Of a stretch of DNA of 64,000 bases, positions 48,901 to 62,300 are shown in pieces (the first letter of the stretch is position 1; every line of letters begins with the position of its first letter). This DNA is from Isurus oxyrinchus (Eukaryota). The position numbers and the translations under genes were made by a program. The notes below the pieces were generated by a model. That model was not told where the DNA came from. It ran no database searches and saw only the letters and a program-made list of their open reading frames with translations. Location of the stretch: positions 1 to 64,000 of the forward strand of contig JANJGN010000301.1 in assembly GCA_026770705.1 (NCBI GenBank), written 5' to 3'.

Positions 48901-51605
48901 AAAATACAATTATCTGAGGTGACATTGATTATCTCGATTAGGGGCAGCCCGTCACGTCCACTTGACATTCAATGGCCTGACCTACAGTGAATTCCCCACC
49001 ATTTACATCCTGAACTGAGCCTCCCACAATAGCACGCCACAGCTCGATGTTCTGCGTGGAGTAGCTCACCTCCAGCCTCCCAGTCGTGGTTGGAGTATGT
49101 GGAGCCTGGAGGATGGGCTGCAGGAACACAGAAAGCCTTCTTTGGAATGATCTCAACCACTCAGAAGGGCAGTGGGTGCCTGGGGAAACAACTGTTTTCC
49201 CCTCCAAACCAAATAACATTCTAACTTGTAAATATGTTGCTGGTCCTTCATTGTCCCTGGGGTCTAATTTTGTAACACCTGTGCTAAAGACGCTGTAGGT
49301 AGACCTTTAGCTGTTGTGAATCGTGAAGGCTGCTAACCACCACCTTCTCAGTGGCAACGAGAAATTTGCACTAAATGCCGGCCTTGTTCGCGATTCCCAC
49401 ATCCGAGAATGAATATGTAGTAATGCGAGAAACAGCGGGCACAGAATGACAAACACCAGGTGCTATCTTACTTGATTTCTGTCATTCGTTCTTTCGTTCA
49501 CTTATACTCCATATTTGTACTCTTCCCTTTCGTTTTTCTTCTTTCTCTATATCAGTCTTTCTCTTCTATCTCCCATTTTCTCTTGTGCACTCTCATACGT
49601 TAATTCTCTTTCTGATTTTGCAATATGAATGGTTTTCAACAGTTGTCTTGCATGACACGAGTATTATTGTTTGAGCAAGAGGGATGAGGCAGTGACGACG
49701 GGGTAAATTATCAAACACAAACCCCGCCCAGCGTAGTGGCCGTCATGGGAAGAGAGCTGTTTTGGTTAGCGATAGGACCCAAGTCGATATGTTCCATCAG
49801 CGGCTCCACTTGATGTAGACGCAAAGGCTAGTTTGTGGAGAGGGATCACCGCAGAATTTGCAGCCAGCTCCTCACCCAAGTGTCTAATGGCTTCATCCAT
49901 CTTGCTAATGTTACGAACAGGGGGCATAAAACTCGGTTAATCTGTTTGTTTACTGAACTGTAGCTACGGTGCATGTTGTAACTTATTGTCTCTCTGGAGA
50001 CTCTCATTCGGAATAAATGAGGGACGCTTTGAATGCCTCTCAGAACTAAAGTATACAGTGTCGGGAATCCATTTCTTTTCTGAGAGACGATGCACGGACC
50101 AGCGAAAAGCCTATTATTTGCCATTTGCTATCCCATTCTCGCTGTTATTGGTGCCCCTGGTAAGTGAAGGATCTGAAATAAACTATTTATTTTTGAAAAT
50201 CCCCAGAAAGATGGTCTCGTCCCGTTCAGGATCGGGATGATGTTTTCCCAAATTTTCAGTGCTGTCAGAATGTTTAGGGCCTCAACCGGGCTCCGATGCC
50301 TTATATGGGATAATACAGTGTTATGGTGAATTGTAGAGCATAACTTGTACTTGCTTTGTGCAGCATTACAAGGTAATATTCAATTGATTTAAAGGAATAC
50401 CGTTTATTGGATTGCTGAAATATGAATTGTAATGTGTGACATTGCATGGACATTAACCTGTTATATCGTTGAACACTTATTTTAAGGTATTCAAATACAA
50501 TCTAGTGTTTTAAGTGTTGTGCAGAATAATAGCATATCACAGTGTAGTAACATATATGTTCGTGCACGTATCTTACTACAGCATCAGAAAACGAATTACA
50601 GTGAAATAGTTATATTTGATGAATTGCAATATAAAAATAAGTTTAGTAATTACACTAAGGTACTTTTCAAGCTGTGAAAGACTGTAATAGTTACTGTACA
50701 GTGAGTTCCCACTAGACAGTCCCGATTGTTAATGTAGCCTTAGTAATTCATTATGGAAACTTCTGAAAGATGTTTGCGGAGATTCAAAATTGTTGATCTG
50801 TTATGTATTTTGCTTTTTGCTAGGTGGCTTTGCACATTTTGAGGAATGATATGTTTTAATCATCCGCGGGGTGTTGTTGTTACCGGCAAGGTCAACATGT
50901 ATTGCTCATCTTTATTTCTCACTTGAAAGGTGGAGTTGCGCTTGTTTCTTCAGTCACTGCAGTGCATATGGTGGGGATGCTTCACAGGAACCTGAACAAA
51001 TACATTTAATACTAGTTTGGATTCACTCAGTTCGGTCGAAGGGTCATGAAGACTCGAAACGTCAACTCTTTTCTTCTCCGCCGATGCTGCCAGACCTGCT
51101 GAGTTTTTCCAGGTAATTCTGTTTTTGTTTTGCATTTCCAGCATCCGCAGTTTTATTGTTTTTATAAACTGACAGTTCTTCAAGTTTTAGCCAAAGCTGA
51201 AGTACTGGAGCGCCATCCAGTGGTAACCTGCGGAAAACAATGATCCTTAATTCCTACCCGAATATTGCTGCATGATTTTGCTGAAGTATTATTACGTCAG
51301 ATTATTATGAATATTATTACTTTGATTTCATTATTAGCATAACGTGTCTGTTTCTTATTTTCCATTTTCTGCCGTTGCTCTTCTGCAAAAATTGCGAGAT
51401 TATTTGGCTCAGTCCTCACGTGGGCCTAATTGACTAACACAATGCATGCTCATTTGCAGTGACATTAATAATTCCACCATTATAAGGTTGGATTGCAAAT
51501 TCATAAATACGCATAAGTCTTCCTACTTCCCTAATCATTAAAGGTGGACACAAATCACAATTGAACAGGTCCACGAATGAAGGGTGATGGGTATTTTGCT
51601 ATTTA

Positions 51606-51661
<56 letters not shown>

Positions 51662-51666
51662 GTGTG

Positions 51667-51932
51667 TGTTTTTGTCTGTTGTGTGTGTGTATTTGTGTGC
51701 AGTGTAACACACCACAGAGTCTGACAGCTGAACAGTGTTAACAGTGAGCGTGGTGGAGCCTTTCTCACGGTCCTCAGGTACTTTAAATCTCCCTCAACTC
51801 TTTCATCCCTGTATGTGAAGGTAAGACACTCGGGAGCTTGATTGAAGAAATGTCAGTACAAGAGTCAAATTTCTGGCCTGAAAGTTCTCCGATACGTTGA
51901 TATCTGAAATCTCTCCGAGTGACAAGAAGCAG
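51667..51932 (-). pseudogene. TCR V pseudogene (inverted), paralogue of 25526-25845
   Basis: Minus 'FNQAPECLTFTYRDERVEG..FKVPEDREKGSTTLTVNTVQLSDSVVCY'; internal deletion and frameshifts; RSS region eroded into a (GT)n tract. Confidence 0.8.
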
Positions 51933-52174
51933 CTGCCAAAACAACAATAAAATCAACTTAATGATATTTGAAAGCAGAATTAAATTAAATGCCAGCGGAT
52001 TNNNNNNNNNNNNNNNNNNNNNNNNNNNNNNNNNNNNNNNNNNNNNNNNNNNNNNNNNNNNNNNNNNNNNNNNNNNNNNNNNNNNNNNNNNNNNNNNNNN
52101 NNNNNNNNNNNNNNNNNNNNNNNNNNNNNNNNNNNNNNNNNNNNNNNNNNNNNNNNNNNNNNNNNNNNNNNNNN

Positions 52175-53430
52175 CTCCTGGCATGCCCTCCTGCACTTTT
52201 CATTGAACAAGGGTTGATCCCCTGGCTTAATGGTAATGGTAGACTGGCGGATATGTCGGGCCATGGTGTACAAATTGTGCTCGAGTACAATTCTGCTGCT
52301 GCTGATAGCACACAGAGCCTTATGAATGCTCTGTCTTGACTTGCTAGATCTGTTCGCAATCTATCCCATTTAGCACGTGGTGGTAGTGCCACATAACACG
52401 ATGGAGGGCATCTTCAATGTGAAGGTGGGTCTTCGTCTCCATAATGACTGTGAGGTGGTCACTTCTACTGATACTGTCATGGCCAGATGCATCTGCGCCA
52501 GGCAGGGTGATGACGATGAGGTTAAGTCTGTTTTTCCCTCTTTTTGGCTCCCTCACCATCTGCCGCACACCCAGTCTAGCAGCTGCATCATTTAGGACTT
52601 GGCCAGCTGAAGCGGTAGTGATGCTACCGAGCCACTCTTGGTGATGGACATTGAAGTTACTCGCCCAGAGTACATTCTGTGCTCTTGCCACACTCAGTGC
52701 TTTCTCCAAATGATGTTCACCATGAAGGAGCACTGATTCATCAGCTGAGGGAGGGAGGTACGTGGTAACCAGCAGGAGGTTCCCTTGCCCATGTTTGACC
52801 TGATGTCACGAGACTTCGTGGGGCCCGGAGCCGATGTTATGGGCTCCCAGCGCAACTGACAACTGTATACAACTGTGCCACCACCTCTGCTGGGCCTGCC
52901 TTGTCGGTGGTTTTGGTGCCTGGGACATTATCTGTTATGTACGATTCTGTGAGGATTATCAGCCTATGTCAGGCTGATGCTTGACAAGACCATAAGACAG
53001 CTCTCTCAATTTTGGCACGAGCCCCCAGCTGTCCGTAAGGAGGAGTTTTCAGGATCGACAGGACTGAGATTGTGTTGTCATTTCCGGTACCTAGGTCGAT
53101 GACTGGTGGTTCGTCCAGTTTCATTCGTTTTTTTTGTGACGTTGTGACCTTGATTACAGCTGAGTGGCTTGCTCGGCCATTTTAGAGGGCATCTGAATCA
53201 ACCACATTGCTGTGGGTCTGGAGTCACATGCAGGTCAGAGCACGTAAGAATGACACAGTTCCTTCCTGAAAGGGCATTAGTGAACCAGGTTGGTTTTTAC
53301 AACAATCAGTAACGGATTCACTGTCATTATCAGACTTTTAATTCCAGATTTTTATTGAATTAAAATTCCATCATCTGCCTGGTGGGATTGGAACCTGGTT
53401 CGCTAGGGCATCGCCCTGGGTCTCTGGGTT
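52175..53430 (-). mobile_element. Non-LTR retrotransposon, AP-endonuclease region
   Basis: 'AQNVLWASNFNVHHQEWLGS...RQMVREPKRGKNRLNL...SRSDHLTV' contains the endonuclease GDFN/SDH motifs. Confidence 0.85.
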
Positions 53431-55071
53431 ACTCTGGATCAAAAATGACGAATGGGCCTCAAGTGATTATGTGAGGCAAATTGCGCTTCAGTGGTTTCTG
53501 CAATTTGACTAATATGGAAAAGCGACAACCTCTTGTGTAGTCATTTACTGTGGCTATCTGCCTGTCTACACTTGTCTATAAATGTGTGTTTATCTGTCTG
53601 CATCTGTCAGGGTTTCCCGGTGAGGCTTGTGCTGTCCAGGAGAGGGCGCTGTCTGATCACTTGATAATGATAATGATCAGGGACCCCAGCTGCAGGAAGT
53701 GCTTGTTCAGACAGATACAAATGGAGAAGACATCCCCGCTGAGCAACTCGAATCTCCGCGACGTTTTACTTTCTATTCCCTAATGATCAAAATTTCTGAT
53801 TCTGGAGTTCAGACTGGAACAATGGAGGTGAAACTTTGCCTGGCTTTAGTCAACGTCCTCATCACTGGTCAGTGACTTTACGACCTTCGTACAATATTCC
53901 CCCATCTATGTATAATTTCACAACTCTACCCCCAGTGTTGGTTCGCCAAACCCAACGTGTGCTGCCTGTTTATTATCAGAGAAGGGTAACGGGGATTCAG
54001 TGTCCCAGTCAGAACCAGAAGTCGGGTCAGAAGAATGCCCGGGAAATTTGAAAATAAAGGAAAAAATACATCCTGATCCGATCGGGATTCTCCAGCTGAA
54101 ATCTTTGCTTTCAGTCTTAGGAAAAGTGCAATTTCTCAATCATTTTAAGTTAAGGTCAAATTCAGACAGTTCAACCCGCAGTGTTCGCAGAAACCTGTCG
54201 ATTTCTGAATGAATACCAGAGTCAACTTCAGCACGAGTCAATTTTTGAGTCTGATGTAGAGAATTCAGTTCATGTTTTAAAGGTATCTGATCATTACACA
54301 GTCACGTTCATTTAATCGTGCCCCTCATCCCCTCCCGCTCTGGTTGGTAATGGATCTCATTGGTTGTGGCAGTGCGGACAGTGACTCAGAACGATTTCCA
54401 TTGTTTTCCGCTTGACAGGTCACCGAGAGGGCTGGGGCGGATATGGAAAGAGAGGGAAATAAAAACTGTGTGTTAAACAGGCAGTGTGAGACAGAGGTGA
54501 AAGGAGAAACATTGAAGGAAATATACCGATAGAGAGAAGGAGGGAAAAAGATAGCTAGCTAGGAAAAGAAAGTGACAGCATGACAGAAAGTCAGAGACAG
54601 GGATTGAGAGAGAAAACTGGAGAGAGGTAGAGATAAAGAGAGAGTGAGTGTCAGAGAGAAAGAGAGAGACGGGGTGGGGGGAGAACGGAAGGAAGGGTAG
54701 AGAGAGAGGGAGCTGCAAACATAAAGTTAAAGAGAGACAGAGGCAGAGTAAAAGAGATAGATTGATGTCGAAACATCGATAGAGACAGAGAGAGTGAGAG
54801 ACAAGCAGACAGTCAGAGAGTCTCACTCACACAGCTGGACAAGGAAATGGTTGGACTGGAGGCTGCAATAATTGGCCAGCAACTAGCACTAGCTGGCGTA
54901 CATTTACAGGCAGTTCTGAGAGATGAGCCAATCCTATAAAAAAGAAAAGTCCCGCATTCTCAGAATGAGCGGAATAAACACTTGCTCTGAATTTACTCTT
55001 TAATATCAGATCAGAAGAGTCAACATATTTAAACAATCTGTTATTCTCTAGCATTGTTTACACCAGACATC

Positions 55072-55549
55072 ATGTGCTCCCCATATCTCCTGCTGATTAG
55101 AATAGCCGTGCTGCCTGGTGAGCCTATGTTTAAATGACTAGTTTGTGTTCCACTGGTTATATTTTCTCGCAGATTTCTGACACATTTTGTGTTTTTGTTA
55201 CAGGAGCGAGTGGCCAAGATTTAATGCATAACGAACCGCCTAAATTAACGGTTCAAGAAGGGCAGACCCTGATCTTAACTGCAGATAATACACGTCCTGT
55301 AGTTATTCCTATCTCTACTCGTACATACAGTGTCCCGGGGAGATTGGCGATGCTTACTGAAGAGATTCGGCAAGGGACAGGGAGTTAAGCCTCCAGATTT
55401 CCTCGACCGGTTCGTTGCTGTTTTGGACAAAGACAAAAGGAAAATACAAACTGTTCTCTCAACAGTTCCCCGATCTCCAGTCTCTCACTGCCTATTACCG
55501 TGCGCTGAACCTCACTGTTACACAGGCGCTGTCAGGCCGAACAAAAACC
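55072..55549 (+). pseudogene. TCR V pseudogene: leader 55072-55117 + frameshifted V exon from 55204
   Basis: Leader MCSPYLLLIRIAVLP + GTGAGC. 'GASGQDLMHNEPPKLTVQEGQTLIL', frameshifts, 'PPDFLDRFVAVLDKDKRK', 'TAYYRALN'. RSS CTCACTG-23-ACAAAAACC. Confidence 0.88.
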
Positions 55550-56081
55550 GCAAAGGACTCTCGCTTTCTCTCACTGAATCAATTTTGGGACCTGAATTGT
55601 TAACTGGTAACTGAACAGAAACCAAACTAACGATTAGTTTGGTGAAATGGCACATTTCTGTGTTGCAGACTCCATTATTGTCATTCTGTTTAGTATTCCT
55701 CTTAATATCAGCTGTGCGATGTTCCCATGGTCAGTGAGCAGCTCTTTTAATGCGAGCCTCCGGCATTGGTGGACAACATTAAGGACAACATTAACCATTC
55801 CCCCTCACTGCTACCACGTCACACACTGACTCTACTGGAGACCCAACATTCAATTGAATCCTCTGCTCAGTCCCTTTGAAGGAACAACGACTTCACTGAT
55901 TTGCTGCGTCACGTTTTGATGCAATAAGTTGTAGAACAAAATATCGTGGGGCTGATTGGACGTCACTTGTGGAGACTTTCAGGAATTAACCAATGGCTGA
56001 AGAAAATTTTCCCAACCCTTTACTGAAACATATACAGATTCAACCCGTTTTGTTTCATTCCGCCATCAGCCCGCTGGAAAT

Positions 56082-56623
56082 ATGTTGGGTTTTACCTTTT
56101 ATTCATTTCTCACAGCTGCAGCTCTCTTACCCGGTAAGTCCGCACGTTACACAGTCTTCCTCTTGCAGGTATCATTCTTTCAATTCAATTTTATTTCTAT
56201 TCAGAATCCCTCACTCAACATGACAAACTGGGCTAAAGTAATATAACCTTTAAGCTCTTTATTTTTAATTTCTGCAGGTGTTAGTGGTGCAGACTCAGTC
56301 TCACAGGAACCAGAACCAGCAATGCAATTTGAAGGAGACTCGGTGACCATTTATTACAGCTATTCCACCACTGCTGGTACACCTTACTTACAGCTGTACC
56401 GTCATGACCGGGGTAAAGTCCCCACATTCTTGATGTACATCCCAAAATACGGAAATATTTTCAGAGCAGAGGGCGTGGGGGCTCGATTTTCTGCATCTCT
56501 CGACACTTTGAAAAGTGAGGGGAATTTCACCATCCGTGACCTGCAGCTGTCTGACAGCGCGGTGTATTACTGAGGGCTGGGAGACACAGTGACAGGAACC
56601 AGAGGGAGACTCGTACAAAAACA
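56082..56623 (+). pseudogene. TCR alpha/delta V pseudogene: leader 56082-56133 + V exon 56278-56584 + 23-RSS
   Basis: Leader MLGFTFYSFLTAAALLP + GTAAGT. In-frame V 'GVSGADSVSQEPEPAMQFEGDSVTIYYSYSTTAGTPYLQLYRH...LQLSDSAVYY*'. RSS CACAGTG (56585-56591)-23-ACAAAAACA. Confidence 0.92.
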
Positions 56624-58349
56624 CTGCCGCAATGTGACAAAGTGAATTGCGTAGCGCACTGTGTGGCGATATACAGGGAATGCAAGTTCTTCTCCAAGTA
56701 AATCCAACAGACAATGTGGCCACAAGACAACTCCCATCAACTCTGGGTAGGTGAGTCAGATAAACATTTATTCACTCTATTAATTCAGCAGGAGAAACCC
56801 TGCTCAGGTCTTTTTGATAACCCGGCCTGTTAATGTCTGATACATAGGCAGTTTCTCCTATTCATTGTTCGGGAATTTTGACACTCTCTTCCGTGTGCCA
56901 CTAACACAGAATTACAAGTTAAGATCTACTCGTTGTGTGAACGCAGTAGAATGTTGATCAAATCCGACTTCATCACAGTCAACAAGCTCAGTCTAATTTG
57001 TGATAATGAGTGAAATAACTGAAAATCTCCATCTACGTTCACACCCTGTATTTCTTTCTTTGGGAAGACATTCATGCCAGTTCATTGAAGTTCACACTGT
57101 CTCTCAGGTCAATTAGAGTTCAAGCTGTGTATACTTACCCATCTTTCTCTCTGATCAGCCGAATGCGATGTTAATGCCTCAGTTCTCTGTAATAAGAACT
57201 TTCCCAATGTGGTTACGGAAATTACATCAGGCCAATCAGATCCAGTGATCTCATCTTCTCTCATCGTATGTTCTGCAGAAAATGACATTGGACCAGCCTC
57301 AGGCAATGCTGTCAGATTATTCTTGTTCGATACTCTGCAGGATTCTGAGACACAAAAAGTCCCTTGAATTCCGGGAGCAGCAGCAATGCGGGACTCCGTC
57401 TCGCTGGCACCTGGGTTTCATTCACTATCTGTAAGAAGTTGAACACTTTTAAAAGGGCTTAATGTTCGGAGGAATGAATTTAAAAATAAGGGAGTTCATG
57501 TTAAAAATGCAGATCCTGGTTAGAACACACTTGAGCTATTGTGAGCAATTCTGGCCTCTTGCTTATAATAGGAATATAAAGCGGCATAGACACAATGCAA
57601 CAAGGCATTACAGTGATGATGCCAGATTTGAGAAGTAAAGAAAACACTGCACAGACTGTCCTTCTTTCCTATAGTAAAGAGAATACAGAGGGGTAACGAA
57701 ACAGAGTTCTTTTAATGATGTTGGAGTTTGAAGGGGTAGAGATGTTTCCACTTGTACTTAATTCAAAACTGTGGTATATATTTATGAGTGACCAAAAGAT
57801 CCGACATGGAACTCAGGAGAAATTTATTTATCCAGAGATGGGATAGAATATGCAAATCACTATCACCAGCAGAGGCTGAGGCGAACTGATACATTTAAGA
57901 GACAAGGAGGGTGAATGGAATAGAAGGAGATGCTGAGAGAGTGAGATAAAGAGGGATAGGGTCGTTGGAAGTGTAAACACCGAAATATTGAGTAAGGTGC
58001 AGTTTTCGGCGTAGTAGTTTGTATAACATTTTATGTAGCATTATTTGCGAAATTTCAGTTAGTTCATTTCAGTTGAACTTTTAATCGCTAATTTCTGATT
58101 TCTTTATCCGTGTGTTCAAGATCTGAGTGATGGAGATTCTGTTACTCAGCGGGAATCCTCAATCTGCAGTTTGTTCTCTCAGTCGCTGCTGGAAACCGTT
58201 GGGCGACAGTTTGATCCGAGGTGAATGTGGTTTCCTCTCGATGTGCGTTTGAGCGGCTGACAGCACCGCTGAACATGGTGGTTGCTTCTGCCCGAGATTC
58301 TACACATAAATCCAAATAGACAGGAGCTCCGAGTCACAGTCCAAAGACA

Positions 58350-58840
58350 GTTTGTACACAGGTGTGAGACTGTGTTTTATCGCTGAGTCTGAGAGAGCAG
58401 CAATACACGGCAGCGTCAGTCAGCTGCAGACCAGAGATATTTAAACTAATGAATTTCGTGGAGGTCTGGAGCTCGACTGAGAAACGGATTTGAGCAAAAT
58501 CTGTTTCTTCTTCATAGATTCATAGCTCGTAGATTTCAGCAATAAAAACTGGAGCTGGGCGCCTAGATGTTGCCTGTACCAGTATAGTGAATAGCTGCTT
58601 TGTGTCGGATGATAGCTGCAGGTTAAAGTCACCGCTTCTCCTTCTGCCCTGGCACCTGAGGACAGCGGCTCTTAAAGAATTTCCATGAATTAGATCTGAA
58701 CAACATACTGAAACAGAAAACAAAAATCACGCCATTTAAAAGGTGTGTGGGAAATTAGAAAAATAGAGACGAAATATGTGTCTTCCACAAATACCTGTCA
58801 GAAATGCTCCCCACACAACCCAGGTGCTGAGCAGCCGCAT
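58350..58840 (-). pseudogene. TCR alpha/delta V pseudogene (inverted): leader 58840-58795 + V exon from 58695
   Basis: Leader MRLLSTWVVWGAFLT + GT. 'EGEAVTLTCSYHPTQSSYSLYWYRQHLGAQLQFLL', frameshift, 'DFAQIRFSVELQTSTKFISLNISGLQLTDAAVYCCSLR'. Two frameshifts; degenerate RSS. Confidence 0.9.
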
Positions 58841-58984
58841 TGTCACTGTCCGCTCTGTGAAAGGGGAGTTGGATATTTGACGACAGCCGTTTTAAACCCA
58901 AACCTCAATAATCTGCTTTCGTGTCTCAGGATGTTCTCATCTCACTTCCTTCGGTCCACAGTCGTTCTGTGAGAGTGGTAGGTG

Positions 58985-59350
58985 GCGAGTTGGTCCTCAC
59001 TGGATGTAAAGACACCGACCTGGTCTATGGTAAGAGTCTTTATGGGGGGAATTGCTCAGCTTTAGGGACCAAGGGTGGTGTTCTGGCTGTCAGAGAATAT
59101 AAACACCCAGAGCTTGAATACGGTCAGGGTCCCTATAGGGGGAATGGTTCAGCTTTAGATACGGAGGGCGATGCTCTGGCTGTCAGTGAATGTAAACACC
59201 CTGAGCTGGACCACGGTCAGTGTGTTTATAGGGGAAATGGCTCAGCTTTAGAGACCAAGGGTGGCGTTCTGCCTTCCAGTGAAGTTAAACACCCAGAGCT
59301 GGGCGATATTTAGCGTCCTTATAGGGGGGTAGGTTCAGCTTTAGACACTG
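58985..59350 (+). repeat. 93-bp minisatellite, ~4 copies
   Basis: CAGCTTT anchors at 59057, 59150, 59243 and 59336 (period 93). Confidence 0.92.
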
Positions 59351-62300
59351 GCGAACCATGGCTTATTATTGTAACCGGGAAACACAAAACTGACCTGACA
59401 TGACAGTCGGAACAGTGACTCCACTGAGATTTCCCTCAAGCATCAGTTAACTATTGAGCTAAGGACGATTCTGCATTTTGCCTCAGTGATTTTGAAGTCC
59501 ATGATATTATAACGGTGATATTCATTGTTACTGAACAAGTATTTGAACACACCTAGAGAAACAAATCTAGAGGAATTCACCAAGGCTCCTTCGACAGCAA
59601 CTTCCAAACCCACGACCACTACCATCTAGAAGGACAAGGACATCAAATACATGGGAACACAGCCACCTTTAAGTTCCCCTCCCAGTAACTCACCAACTAG
59701 AATTGGAAATATATCGTTGTTCCTTCACCTGTCATTAGGTCAAAATTCTGGAACTCCCTTCCTAACAGCATTGTGGATGTGCCTACACCACGTGGACTGC
59801 AGCAGTTCAAGAAGGCAACTCACCACTACCTTCTCAAGGGCAACCAGGGGTGGATAATTAACGCTGACCCAGCCATCGAAGCCGGCATCCCATGACTGAA
59901 TAAAAAAACAGCTCTACCTCTAATTTAAAAACATTTTGAGCACTGACCCCTGCTGTAGTTTGTTTAAAATTTTGTTTAAAACTCAGTGGTGGATTCTGCC
60001 CTCTTTGTGCAAGTAAGGATATATTTAAAGAGCCATAACTTTCAGAGTTCGGGTTTGCAAATAGAGAGAAAAGAGATTGTGTCACATCGACTCTGTGCAA
60101 CCAGTTACAGAGGACAGAAAGCTCCGGGCGGGTCAAAGCTCCCAGGGTGAGGTGCAGGGGGAATATTCATTAACAAGAACTTAACACACACACTGCATGA
60201 AAAACTCTCCTTACAACTCTCAATAAGGTTAGAAAAAGATGTGGTGCAGAAAGAAGCAAAATGAAAGGGGTTTGAATTGAATTGTTCTTCGCTCCTTTAT
60301 CATCGATCCCCACCCTCGGTACAGTGAATGGCTTCAGAAATCACATCTCATCACATCTTTCCTTCATATTTTATTATCCCTTTCTCTGTCTTCAGAAATA
60401 TCATCTCAGCTTGTATTCATCCTTTTTTTAAATATCCATTTCCTCCTCTTCATAAATCCCAACTCAGGTGTATCTTTCCTTCATATTTTAACATCCTTTT
60501 GCCCATCTTCCACACCTTTCACCCACTTGCCTTGCCCAGTGAATAGCATCAGATTTTAATCCGTCGATATGACTTTCTGAGGATCATTAAGGAAGAGCTG
60601 CTGTTGAAGTACAAACAGAGATAGATTGCTGAATGTGATTGATGTACTTTGAAAATACATTGAGAATTCAACTCGGGGTATCCGGCCCCCACCATGGATC
60701 TGTCTTAATGCAAGATAAACATGCAAAACTTTCAATGGCTTCATTTGCCAACCCGGTCTACTTAAATCAGAATAGTCACATGAAGATAAAAAGCTGAATG
60801 CCCCAATTGGATACGTCATATTTCAAGATAGTGGTTAGAATCATAAAATGATGGCGAGGAAGACCTTTCGTCCCATCTTATCCGTGCTGACCATCTGTGA
60901 GAACAGCTAAGCCAGAATCACTGCCTTTCCCCCATAGCCCTGCAAATCATTTCCGAAATTCCAGCAAGATCAGTTATCTGGAAAATCTTTTTCATTATCG
61001 TTGATCGATTCACTTTTTGATGTTTTAATTTTGCAGAGATCGGCTAATGCGGCAGCCTCCTACCTATTTGTTCTCTGGCAATGAACCGAGTGGCTGACGT
61101 GTTTCTCACTGACACGTCCGATATTCGGGCTGGTTGCAGTTTGCAAAGTCAAAAGCAATTGGTGACAATTTAGTTTGGTGGGGTAGTCAGGTCCTGGCGA
61201 TCTGCCCGAAATCAACCTTCACCCACTGAGCCTCTATGTTGAAATCTGCACAGACAAAGTGGATCCAGACCTACCTTTTTAGAGGAAGGTGACTGGACTG
61301 AGTAGTGAGTCAGAAAGTTCATCTTTTAAGGCACTCAGGACTATCGAATTCAAGGGAGACGCCAGCATTATTGCTGCAGGTGAACAGATCCACCCAGCCG
61401 AGGGGGATCGGGATGGGGGAGGTTGGTGGGGTGGGGGAGGGGGGGTGGGGTTAGGAAATACAAACAATTGATACGGCTGTGACAAAATGTAAAATTGCCT
61501 TAATGATTGAACAGTAAGAAGGTAGAATGGAAAACATGCAGACCTGCTGGTGTTGCTATAATAACTGCAGATGAATGTAAAAGAGATCCGAGAGTCGAGT
61601 GGGTTCCTCTTTGCAGGGAATGCAGTCGAGAATGTCTTGGATACTGGCAGTAAGGGATATCTTTTCATGATACCTTGACATTGGCAGGGTCAAAGGGTAC
61701 CATATCTGTCGTCCCTGTTTAATTGCAGCATTTACCTGTGCAGCCCATGGTCAAAACAGGTGTGAGGAAGTTGCTGCAATAATAATATGGCCATTGGAAA
61801 TGATATAACTCCACCTCTCTAAGAGAACCATGTTAGTCCCAGGTTCGCGAAACGAATTCCAATGCTATCATTTAGCTGCAAATACCTTCACCATTGAGCT
61901 CCGGTTGAAGTGTGCGGGTGAAAGCAGATTTTGGATGACAGAAAAATCCCAACCCAATCGGAATTGCAATCCAATGTAATGGCAATGTACTTAATTCCAA
62001 ACTGTCAACTTGAGGTAACTAGCTTATTTGTAATCAAGTAAGGTATGAAATTTTAGCATTAGCAAAGATAGAATATTATGAATTCAAATCGAAGGGCTGA
62101 AAATAATTTTTTTGTGAATTTAGATGGAAGCAAATTCCAGTCAGCAGCATTCTTTGGGACAATATGACCTGTGGTAGACACAGCGACCCGGCAGCGTCAC
62201 CTGGTGGCCTGGTTTAAATTATCAACTTTGGAAGGATCACAGAGATCATTGCTCACGATTTGTATTCTCTCTGTTTCCATTATTCGTCTGATTCAGTACA

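Noticed and set aside
56571-56573. TGA at Cys104 as selenocysteine
   Set aside because: The partner Cys23 and Trp41 are also lost and there is no SECIS evidence; a nonsense mutation is simpler.
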